Positions 48,301 to 59,000 of a DNA stretch of 64,000 bases are shown piece after piece. Every line of letters starts with the position of its first letter. Positions within the stretch are counted from its first letter, which is position 1. The notes beneath the pieces were generated by a model, which had not been told where the DNA came from, did not search any database, and saw only the letters and a program-made list of their open reading frames with translations. A program made the position numbers and the translations under genes. Origin of the DNA: Macrostomum lignano (lineage: Eukaryota). The DNA is taken from positions 186,001-250,000 of the forward strand of contig NIVC01000702.1 in assembly GCA_002269645.1 (NCBI GenBank), in the 5' to 3' direction.

Positions 48301-48805
48301 CTCTGATCAGTCTGTAGATATTCATGGTCGATCTTTAGATATCCTCATCAGTATGTCGATATTCCTGATGGATTTATATCTATCCATGGCCAATCTCTAA
48401 ATAGCCAGCCATGGCCAATCTTTAGATATCTATGGTTAATCTCTAGATATCTATAGCCAATCTTTAAATATCTATAATTCATTTCTGGATATATCTGTTC
48501 AATCTCTAGATATTCCTGATCAATCCTCATCCATATCTCTAGCCACTCCAAGAATCAGTGGGATCAGTACTCAGCTCGCTGATCCATTTTGTATCCTTGC
48601 TTTTGAGAAAGACACAATTGAAAGCTGTCAATTATTTTCCTTGAACTGACCGCCCAAACTAATCGATGAACAACCGGAAATCAGACACGCCAAGAGGCGC
48701 ATGGACGATTTGAACTTTTTCGGCGGTGTATTACATGCCGTGTACGCTCCCGAGTTCGAATCCGCGGAGGAGTGCCGACTTAAATTGAAGCACCGCTGTC
48801 GGCAG
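45370..48805 (+). CDS. RBM48: RNA-binding protein 48 (minor-spliceosome-associated RRM protein), exons 45370-45480, 46293-46528, 48685-48805; 3' end uncertain (possibly 48963-49022 or splicing on to 49868-50416)
   Basis: HHAKQGPCLNRPPYRDGRRKTAVK|AYCISDESQYLQIYGVPAIG..FTDTFLIKFVRINSAR|HAKRRMDDLNFFGGVLHAVYAPEFES matches my recollection of RBM48 (YREGRRPRAVKVYTINLESQYLLIQGVPA..AKRKMDEQSFFGGLLHVCYAPEFE); phases 0 and 2 consistent. Confidence 0.9.
45520..46185. repeat. 20-bp minisatellite (gattctctgattggtcaggc) in RBM48 intron 1
   Basis: Direct. Confidence 0.95.
46810..48330. repeat. 21-bp palindrome-rich minisatellite (atctctgatcaatctatagat) in RBM48 intron 2
   Basis: Direct; gives the spurious IRDIYRL heptad ORF. 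Confidence 0.96.
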
Positions 48806-49104
48806 GTGAGGTCTGGACTGGCTATGAGTAAGTACCGCGTGATTACTCATTTTCTTGTGTAATTTAAAAAAAATTGATTCTTTGTATCCGATATGTAGTG
48901 TAATTAACTTTACAGAGCGGAAATTTTCGTGTTACTTTTTGTGGGTTGTATTTTTTCTTTAGACAGCGATTGGGTACGTAAGAGATACTTGGCGCTTGTT
49001 TCAAGTGGCGACGCGAAGTTAAAGAGAGGGGTGTCCGCGAGATTGGAATGTCAGGCCAGAAAAATATCACAAAGAATGATTTCAAAGGGATTAGGATGTC
49101 CAAG

Positions 49105-49795
49105 AGATGGGCATGTCAGAGACATGGGATGTCAGAGAGATGGGGATGTCAGAGAGGTAGAGATGTCAGAGAGATGGGGATGTCAGAGAGATGGGGATGT
49201 CAGAGAGATGGGGATGTCAGAGAGGTAGAGATGTCAGAGAGATGGGGATGTCAGAGAGATACATGTAGGGATGTCAGAGAGATAGAGATGTCAGAGAGAT
49301 GGGGATTGCAGAGAAGATGGGGATGTTAGAGAGATGGGGATGTCAGAGAGGTAGAGATGTCAGAGAGATGGGGATGTCAGAGAGATGGGTATGTCAGAGA
49401 GATGGGGATGTCAGAGAGATGGGGATGTCAGAGAGGTAGAGATGTCAGATAGATGGGGATGTCAGAGAGATGGGGATGTCAGAGAGATGGGGATGTCAGA
49501 TAGATGGGGATGTCAGAGAGATGGGGATGTCAGAGAAGATGGGGATGTCAGAGAGATGTGGATGTCAGAGAGGTAGAGATGTCAGAGAAGATGGGGATGT
49601 CAGAGAGATGGGGATGTCAGAGAGGTAGAGATGTCAGAGAGATGGGGATGTCAGAGAGATAAGGATGTCAAAGAGGTGGGGATGTCAAAGAGATAAGGAT
49701 GTCAGAGAGATGGGGAGGTCAGAGAGATGGGGATGACAGAGAGATGGGGATGTCAAAGAAATGGGGATGTCAGAGAGGTAGAGATGTCAGATTAG
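49105..49795. repeat. 17-bp minisatellite (ggggatgtcagagagat)
   Basis: Direct. Confidence 0.94.
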
Positions 49796-49867
49796 ACAAG
49801 GATTCCATAAAAATCATCTGAGATAGTTATGTGAAGGAAATAACGCCATGAGAGGCATCAAACAGAA

Positions 49868-50416
49868 ATGCATGCAGCCATCATCTACCTTCGATTAAAA
49901 GCAGAAGTGACAGCCATGGCCACAGCGGATGGTTCTGTTGATCAGGAGAGCAGCAACGTTAAAGATGCTGCTGCACCGCCGCCCCCGCTGCCGCCGCCGC
50001 CGCCGCCTCCGCCACCACAGCATCAGCCACCGTCCAGTGCTTCAACACCAGCACCATCAGCTTTGCCAGCTCACCCAGCAGTTCTACAAGCCAAACTGGC
50101 AATGTCAACTCAATTATATTCTTCAATATCAGGCTCTTCTGCTGCTGCTCCTAGACCTGCTTGTGCCAGCAATAATAAACGGTCGGCAAGTACTTTGGAT
50201 TCTGAGGAGAGAAAATCTTCAAGTTCCACTGTTGGTCCTTCCCGGTTGCCGCCTGCGAAATATTTTCGGCAAGCTCCGGGTGCTCAGAGATCGAGCTCAA
50301 CTGTATCCACCGTTGGCAGTTCAAATCAGTCGAAAACTTCTTTAAAGTTCGATTCTGGTCGACTGTTGACAATGAGGCCCAGGCAGGTTGTGCTGCGCAA
50401 GTCGAATGCCAAATAG
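49868..50416 (+). CDS. Pro/Ser-rich low-complexity open frame, probably a terminal exon (perhaps of RBM48)
   Basis: 183-codon non-satellite open frame, GC-rich like the exons here; no in-frame splice from the RBM48 exons could be fixed. Confidence 0.4.
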   Translation: MHAAIIYLRLKAEVTAMATADGSVDQESSNVKDAAAPPPPLPPPPPPPPPQHQPPSSASTPAPSALPAHPAVLQAKLAMSTQLYSSISGSSAAAPRPACASNNKRSASTLDSEERKSSSSTVGPSRLPPAKYFRQAPGAQRSSSTVSTVGSSNQSKTSLKFDSGRLLTMRPRQVVLRKSNAK

Positions 50417-50467
50417 TCAGCAAATTCAGTCAGTAGTTTTTATACTGGGGTGTTTAGAAGATATCAA

Positions 50468-50845
50468 AGTGTTTAGAAGTAGATACCCGAAGTGTTTAGA
50501 AGTAGATACCCGAGGTGTTTAGAAGTAGATACCCGAGGTGTTTAGAAGTAGATACCCGAAGTGTTAAGAAGTAGATACAGAGGTGTTTAGAAGTAGATAC
50601 CGAGGTGTTTAGCAGTAGATACCCGAGGTGCTTAGAAGTAGATACCGAGGTGTTTATAAGTAGATACCCGAAGTTTTTTGAAGTAGATACCCGAAGTGTT
50701 TAGAAGTAGATACCGAGGTGTTTAGCAGTAGATACCCGAGGTGCTTAGAAGTAGATACCGAGGTGTTTAGCAGTAGATACCCGAAGTGTTTAGAAGTAGA
50801 TACCCGAAGTGTTTAGAAGTAGATACCCGAAGTGTTTAGAAGTCG
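50468..50845. repeat. 22-23-bp minisatellite (gtgtttagaagtagatacccgaa)
   Basis: Direct. Confidence 0.92.
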
Positions 50846-51219
50846 ATACTGTTTCGAAATGGAAAAGAGAAGTTAAGTGAAGCCTATTCTGAACTAGTGT
50901 GCTTTACTTAATTTCCAATGCTTACTTAATCATATTTTCATGCCTTTTTCTGCCGTATTTCATCTCTGTAATAAACTAACTTCTGGCGTGTGTCGTTTGT
51001 ACCGATATTAGTAAAACGTATTATAAAGTAACATCATAAATGAAATAATACATTTTCGATTCATTTCTCTGTCTCAAAAAAGCATTTAAAGTAACAAATA
51101 AATTGTAATTTTTATGTACGTCATAATTCACCAACAAAAGTCAAATTTAGAAATCAATCGATTGTTGAAAATTTAACAACTTTTTTTAAACTTAATCTTG
51201 GTTTATTTTTGGTTACACA

Positions 51220-52112
51220 GTCTCAGGTGATCTCACTGTCTCACAGGTGATCTGATCTCACTGTCTCACAGGTGATCTCACTGTCTCACAGGTGATCTCA
51301 CTATCTCACAGATGATCCCACTGTCTCACAAGTGATCTCACTGTCTCACAGGTGATCTGATCTCACTGTCTCACAAGTGATCTCACTATCTCACAGATGA
51401 TCCCACTGTCTCACAGGTGATCTCACTGTCTCACAGGTGATCTCACTGTCTCACAGGTGATCTCACTGTCGCACAGGTGATCTCACTATCTGTCTCACAG
51501 GTGATCTCACTATCTCACAGGTGATCTCACTGTCGCACAGGTAATCTCACTATCTCACAGGTGATCTCACAGGTGATCTCACTGTCTCACAGGTGATCTC
51601 ACTGTCTCACAGGTGATCTCACTATCTCACAGATGATCCCACTGTCTCACAGGTGATCTCACTGTCTCACAGGTGATCTCACTATCTCACAGATGATCCC
51701 ACTGTCTCACAGGTGATCTCACTGTCTCACAGGTGATCTCACTATCTCACAGGTGATCTCACTGTCTCACAGGTGATCTCACTGTCTCACAGGTGATCTC
51801 ACTGTCTCACAGGTGATCTCACTGTCGCACAGGTAATCTCACTATCTGTCTCACAGGTGATCTCACTATCTCACAGGTGATCTCACTGTCGCACAGGTAA
51901 TCTCACTATCTCACAGGTGATCTCACTATCTCACAGGTGATCTCACTGTCTCACAGGTGATCTCACTATCTCACAGATGATCTCACTATCTCACAGGTGA
52001 TCTCACTGTCGCACAGGTAATCTCACTATCTCACAAGTGAACTCACTATCTGTCTCACAGGTGATATCACTATCTCACAGGTGATCTCACTGTCGCACAG
52101 TGATCTCACTGT
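51220..52112. repeat. 20-bp minisatellite (ctcacaggtgatctcactgt)
   Basis: Direct. Confidence 0.94.
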
Positions 52113-52254
52113 CTACCACTTGATTCCAAATTCATAAGAAGTTAGCCGTTCATTATTTAAAAGTATTCAGTTATTCATGTTTATATACATGTAGCTGATA
52201 CTCGTATTACCGCAAAAAGTTGTAGGCAAAAGTACTAAATGTCCTTTCTTATAT

Positions 52255-54185
52255 TCACTCCATTTTCACTCCGCGAGCCGCCCATGCCGCCCGATTTCGT
52301 TGCACAATTCGTTGGAGAAGGTCGCGGAACGCCTTGTCAACGCCTTCGCCTGTGGCGGCCGAGGTCTCGTATAGATGCAGCTTGTGCTTGGCTGCTGCTT
52401 TGGCTGCGTCTGCAGGGGTCACCTGTGTGTGCGTTCAAATTTACTCTTGAGGTCTGAGATTCACTCCTAATTGGCAGGCCTAAGATTCACTCTATATTGT
52501 CAGGTCTGAGATTCACTCTTAATTGTCAGGTTGGAGATTCACTCTTAATTGTCAGGTCGGAGATTCACTCTTAATTGTCAGGTCTGAGATTCACTCTTGA
52601 TTGTCAGGTCGGAGATTCACTCTTAATTGTCAGGTCTGAGATTCACTCTTAATTGTCAGGTCTGAGATTCACTCTTGATTGTCAGGTCGGAGATTCACTC
52701 TTAATTGTCAGGTCTGAGATTCACTTGATTGTCAGGTCTGAGATTCACTCTTGATTGTCAGGTCGGAGATTCACTCTTAATTGTCAGGTCTGAGATTCAC
52801 TCTTGATTGTCAGGTCGGAGATTCACTCTTGATTGTCAGGTCTGAGATTCACTTGATTGTCAGGTCTGAGATTCACTCTTGATTGTCAGGTCTGAGATTC
52901 ACTCTTGATTGTCAGGTCGGAGATTCACTCTTGATTGTCAGGTCGGAGATTCACTCTTGATTGTCAGGTCGGAGATTCACTCTTGATTGTCAGGTCTGAG
53001 ATTCACTTGATTGTCAGGTCTGAGATTCACTCTTGATTGTCAGGTCTGAGATTCACTTGATTGTCAGGTCTGAGATTCACTTGATTGTCAGGTCTGAGAT
53101 TCACTCTTGATTGTCAGGTCGGAGATTCACTTGATTGTCAGGTCTGAGATTCACTCTTGATTGTCAGGTCGGAGATTCACTTGATTGTCAGGTCTGAGAT
53201 TCACTTGATTGTCAGGTCTGAGATTCACTCTTGATTGTCAGGTCTGAGATTCACTCTTGTGACTTGTGGGATCTGAGATTCACTCTGGTAAGGTCTGTGA
53301 TCCACTCTTGATTGTCAGGTTTGAGATCCACTCCTGTCAGGTCTGAGATTCACTCTTGATTGTCAGGTCTGAGAATCGCTTTTTTGAGGTATGAGAGTCA
53401 CTTTTGTGAGATCTGAGATTCACTCTTGTGAGATCTGAGATTCACTCTTGTGAGATCTGAGATTCACTCTTGTGAGATCTGAGATTCACTCTTGTGAGAT
53501 CTGAAATTCACTCTTGTGAGATCTGAGATTCACTCTTGTGAGATCTGAGATTCACTCTTGTGAGATCTGAGATTCACTCTTGTGAGATCTGAAATTCACT
53601 CTTGTGAGATCTGAGATTCACTCTTGTGAGATCTGAGATTCACTCATAATTGTTAGGTTTGAGATTCACTCTTGTCATGTCTGAATATTATTGATTTTGC
53701 CAGTTACGAGTATAAGAACAGCAGTGATTTATTACCTGTCTCTTATCCTTGAGATCTGCCTTATTAGCCAGAAGCACAATATCTGGCATCGAGCTCTGCT
53801 GCTGCTGCTGCCCAGGACTCCCAAGGCAGCACTGAGCGATCTCTCTCATCCAAGCGTCAATATTAGCTACAGATTTTGCTTCCGTGAGATCAATGGTCAG
53901 CAGCACTCCGTCGCAACCGGAGTAGAGCTCATTTCTCACCTCCAGGTACTCGGGATAACCGGACAGATCCCACATGTTCACCCTCAGATCGATGCCATCC
54001 ACCCTGAACACCTTGAAGCCGTAGTCCGCTCCAACTGTTGGCTGGTAGCCTGCCGAAAACCGGCTGTCGCAGAAGTGCTTGATTAGGGAGGTTTTACCCG
54101 AGCCTGGAAATCCTGCGGAGACCAACTTAACCCATGCCAGACAGATGGAAAAGTCTGGGATTGGGGTCTGCAGCTGTTTGCTCAT
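52255..54185 (-). CDS. RJL-family (DNAJC27/RBJ-like) Rab-like small GTPase without a J domain, 205 aa, exons 54185-53736 and 52422-52255
   Basis: G1 GFPGSGKT, G2 YQPTVGADYG, G3 WDLSG (no catalytic Gln), EVRNELY typical of RJL, G4 NKAD, G5 ETSA; CAG|gtaat to cag|GTG in frame; stop after GVKME with no CAAX/CC motif. Confidence 0.85.
52452..53680. repeat. 24-26-bp minisatellite (gtcaggtctgagattcactcttgatt) switching to a 22-bp unit (gagattcactcttgtgagatct); fills the GTPase intron
   Basis: Direct. Confidence 0.94.
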
Positions 54186-54524
54186 TTTAGTTGCGGTTGC
54201 TTGGAAAATATTGTCTTCTTCTTTTGCGAGTTGCTTCTCTCTTGCTCAACCTTGTCGAGTATGATTCTGCACTGCTCCGCTTCGCTGTGAGATTTTCCAG
54301 GCTTTTATAAGCCCGTGAGAGCTTATGAAAAATGAACAGCTATATTAGCGCTGGGTCTCGGCTTTATAATACCACACTTCTGCTTGTGCAAGCATGCCAG
54401 TCTACGAAAAGAGAGCAATTGTGTTGCATTTTCAAGCACCTGAGATACTCCGGCCATATTGTTCTGTCAGTGGCGTATTTTTTATATAGCACATTCCCCT
54501 GTGTTTAAATGTGTGCAATGTTTG

Positions 54525-55030
54525 AGATATGAGATGTAGGAGATTTTAAATTTCGGAGAAATGAAGTGTCGGAAATATGAAGTTTCGGAGATATGAAGTG
54601 TCGGAAATATGAAGTGTCAGAGAAATAAAGAGTCGGAGATATGAATTGTCGGTGATATGAAGTGTCTGAGATATGAAGAGTCGGAGATATGAATTGTCCG
54701 TGGTATGAAGTGTCGGAGAAATGAAGTGTCGGAGATATGAAATGTCGGAGATATGAAGTGTCGGAGATATGAAGTGTCGGAGAAATGAAGTGTCGGAGAT
54801 ATGAAATGTCGGAGATATGAAGTCTCGGAGATATGAGATGTCGAAGGTATGAAGTGTCGGAGATATGAAGTGTCAGAGATATGAAGTGTCGGAGTGCTGA
54901 AACGTCGAAGATATGAAGTCTCGGAGATATGAGATGTCGAAGGTATGAAGTGTCGGAGATATGAAGTGTCGGAGATATGAAGTGTCGGAGATATGAAGTG
55001 TCGGAGATATGAAGTGTCGAAGAAATGAAA
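54525..55030. repeat. 16-bp minisatellite (gtgtcggagatatgaa)
   Basis: Direct. Confidence 0.93.
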
Positions 55031-55534
55031 TGTTGAAAATATAAAACCTCACTCTGACAATTCATTGTGCTTATGACGCCACAAAAAGTCACGTGACAGT
55101 TTCGTACAAGCTCAACTTTTACGATTTGTATTTGGTTTCCGAGCCAAAGTATGCACACAGAGATTTAATAGCATGCACGCATGAGAAATGTATGATGCAA
55201 CGTACACATCAGAATGTCCAAAGAAGTTGAAGAACGGCTTCTTCAGAATCTGTAATTTAATACTAAAAAACGTAATACTACTAATTAGGCTACACAATAG
55301 GAAATGGGCTATGACACCTTATTATTAATATATAGCAACTTAAAGGGTGGTCTTACTGTATAGATTTAATATAGAATTCCATAGATTGTATTGTATACTA
55401 GCGCTGAATATTACCTCAGCAAGACGTTTTCTACCTGTAAATACTAAATATTAAATTCTTACTGTTCAATAACTATTTCAGAAACAAGCTGAAATTATAT
55501 TCGATGTGTTACAAAAAATACTTTATCGTAATTA

Positions 55535-56037
55535 TGGGAAAATCAGATTGGGGATCTGGGAGAATCAGATTGAGGATCTGGGAAGATCAGATTGGGGATC
55601 CGAGGGAATTAGATTAGGGAGCTGGGGAATCAGATTGGGGATCTGGGAGAATTAGATTGGGGATCTGAGAGAATCAGATTGGGGATCTGGGAGAATCAGA
55701 TTGGGGATCTGGGAGAATCAGATTGGGGATCTGAGGGAATCAGATTGGGGAGCTGGGGAATTGGATTGGGGATCTGAGGGAATCAGATTGGGGATCTGGG
55801 AGAATTAGATTGGGGATCTGGGAGAATCAGATTGGGGATCTGAGGGAATCAGATTGGGTATCACGGAGAATCAGATTGGGGATCCGAGGGAATCAGATTG
55901 GGGATCTGAGAGAATCAGATTGGGGATCTGGGAGAATCAGATTGGGGATCTGGGAGAATCAGATTGGGGATCTGGGAGAATCAGATTGGGGATCTGGGAG
56001 AATCAGATTGGGGAACTAGGTGAGTCAGATTGGGGAT
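55535..56037. repeat. 22-bp minisatellite (tggggatctgggagaatcagat) starting a few bases 3' of the nAChR stop codon
   Basis: Direct. Confidence 0.93.
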
Positions 56038-56045
56038 CAATTTAT

Positions 56046-59000
56046 TTATCCCTTAAACACATCCGGAGCAGAGAACAGAATCGCGCATGTCGAGATGATG
56101 GTGAAGCAGGAGAACAGGATGAGGCAGAGTCTGTCCACCACTCTGGCCGCGAATTTCCACTCGCTGCTGACTTCTCCGTCCGCCACATCATCGGAGATTT
56201 TCTGCGTGACGATTCGAAGTTCGTGAACGATGGCGGCGAGCTCGGAACGCACGCTGCAGGGCGGCTGCTGCTGCTGAACCTCATCGTACACCGGTGGCGC
56301 CCTCGACGCAGCGGCCTGGGCAGCGGATGCTCGAAAATTGTCCTCCAGGTCCAGCACGTTCGCCAGCAGCGACTTTGAAGAGCGTTCGCGCAGCTCCATC
56401 GAGGCTGGCCCTGGGGAGGCGTGGCAGCATGAGATTATCCTCGACTCTCATGGTGAGATTATCCTCGACTCTCATGGTGAGATTATCCTCGACTCTCATG
56501 GTGAGATTATCCTCGATTCTTATAGTGAGATTATCATTGATTTTTATGGTGATATTATCTTTGGTTCTTTTGATGATATTCTGCTCGATTCTTATGGTGA
56601 GATTATCCCAGATCCTTATTATGAGATTATCCTCGATTTTTTAATGAGATTATCCTTGATTCGTGTAGTGAGATTATCCTCGATTCTTATGGTGAGATTA
56701 TCTCTGATTCTTCTGGTGAGATTTTCCCTGATTCTTGTGAGATTATCTTTGATTCTTATGGTAAGATTATCAATGATCTCTATGATGAGACTATCCTTAA
56801 TCATACATTATCCCAGACTCTTATGGTATGATAATTCGCTTTTCTTATGGTGAGATTATCCCTAATTCCTATGGTGAGATTATCCTTTGTTTAGATGAGA
56901 TTATTCATTATTCTTATGGTGAGAATGTGTCGACTCGTATGGTGAGAATATCTCTGATTATCATGAGATTATTCCGCCTCTCCGATCCGATCTCCGCCCT
57001 CACCTCCCTGCTGCTGGTGGTGATCCGCCAGCAGCTCCCTGTGGTGCTCTGTGCCGAAGCCGGAGCCGGCGGATGCGCTGGCCCGGAAAGTGCCCAGTTT
57101 GCCTCCGCCGGTGGCGCCGCGAGTTCGGCGACGCCTCATCCGGATCGGCTCCGAGTCCGTGTCCCGGCGCATGCGGCGCATGCAAAGAATGCTGGCCAGG
57201 TAGGTGCAGATGAACTGGCGCACCTGGTTGCCATGGCGACGGGAGTTTTGGAGTTGTTAGTTTGTGTCGAAATCTTCTGTAGGCTATCGCTAAATCTATT
57301 GGAATGAGATTATCTGAATTCATATCATGAGATTATCGCTGAATCCATCCCAGGAGATTATGTCTAAATCCATCTCATGAGATTATTGCTGAATCCATCT
57401 CATGAGATTATCGCTAAATTCATATCATGAGATTATCGCTGAATCCATCTCATGAGATTATCTCTAAAACATTAGATAATCTATAGTATTTAAGAAGTCA
57501 AAATTCGCTTTAAACTCTTACCCAATTAGGAATTGGATGCGATTCGGCATCTCTGTGATGGTAGTTGAGCACAATCACGGTGAACACCACTGATAGACTG
57601 CACATGATCATGGTGCAGGCAAAGTACATGCCTGAAAGTTTACCAGAAAAAATTTCTATAACTTCTGAAAAAAATACTTAAAAAATTGATTGGAAAACAA
57701 AAATTGATTAGAAAAATCATTGTTATCATAAATTACAATTAGACACAGAAATAGAAAGCGAAATCCTATAGTTTAACAATTAAGTGCTTTGCAGGACTTC
57801 TTTACTTAAGGTAACTCGTTTTAGGTAAATTTTTGTCTGGAGTAAATTTCTTGAGAAATCAATGCTAAAATAGATTTATCATTTTTCATAATTTCAATCA
57901 AAACTACATTGTAGCATTGTTAATGGATTTCATCTTTACCAAATTTAAGGCTTCTTAGCTGCTAAAGTGCAGCCTTGTATGTAGGATACAGCAAATTCAA
58001 TTTTATCAAACGGATTTTTCAAAATTAAAGAAACTTACCTGTTTAACAAAATCGATACTGCTTTTATTAGGAAAAGAAAAATTTCATTTTCTTAATTGCG
58101 TTTTTATACTGTTATTAGATTACTTTTTTATTATGTATAGGGCACCGAAAAGCGTGGATATCGTAAATTTTACCCGCCTACTACTTAGTAGTAAGTATAG
58201 TATCTCGCAGCTCACCTATCACAGGCACAGAGTCTGACGTGGGCGGCATTGCCTCAGCAACCATCATTAGAAATACCGTTAGCGATAGAAGAATTGTGAC
58301 ACCTAAATAAAATTATCAAATAATATTATAGCTACTGTATCAATACTGTTAGTAAGAATAATATAATTACAGTCTTATTGATTAATTTATTTTTACTTTT
58401 TTCTGAAGCAAGTCTCTTGGAAAGTTTGGATGGGCATTTTAAATTTGTCGATTGGAAATTATTGTTTAGTTTTAGTTTGAGAATCTGACAGACTGACGGA
58501 CGCAAACTAAAATTTCAGACCAAAATGAGAAATTGTGTAAACAAAAATAAAGTTTTAGTATAATCTATCTATACAGACCGTAGTGAATTCACACAAAAAT
58601 TATTAAGAATCATGCCAAAAAACCGACGTACACAAAACGAAACAAATTTTCAATAGCATATTACCTGAATTATGCTACTAAAAGTAGGAAAAAAGCGCCC
58701 TCACCAATAAGCGGCAGCGCTTCCGAAGTTTGCGGCATTGCGTCAGCCACAAGCAGCAAAAACATGGTCAGGGAGAGCAGGATGGTGACGCCTGCGCCAA
58801 GTAAAATTCATAAATCATATTTTACCGATCAGTTGCTTGTTAATAATGAGGTGTTAGAACCAAGTCTAACAGCTGTAACAGAATTCATCTAATGTTCGAA
58901 TTCTGTCTAACAGCTGTACCAGAATTCATCTAATGTTCGAATTCTGTCTAACAGACTATCAATTTATCTAACATGTTCCTTCACTGTCTAACAGACTAAC

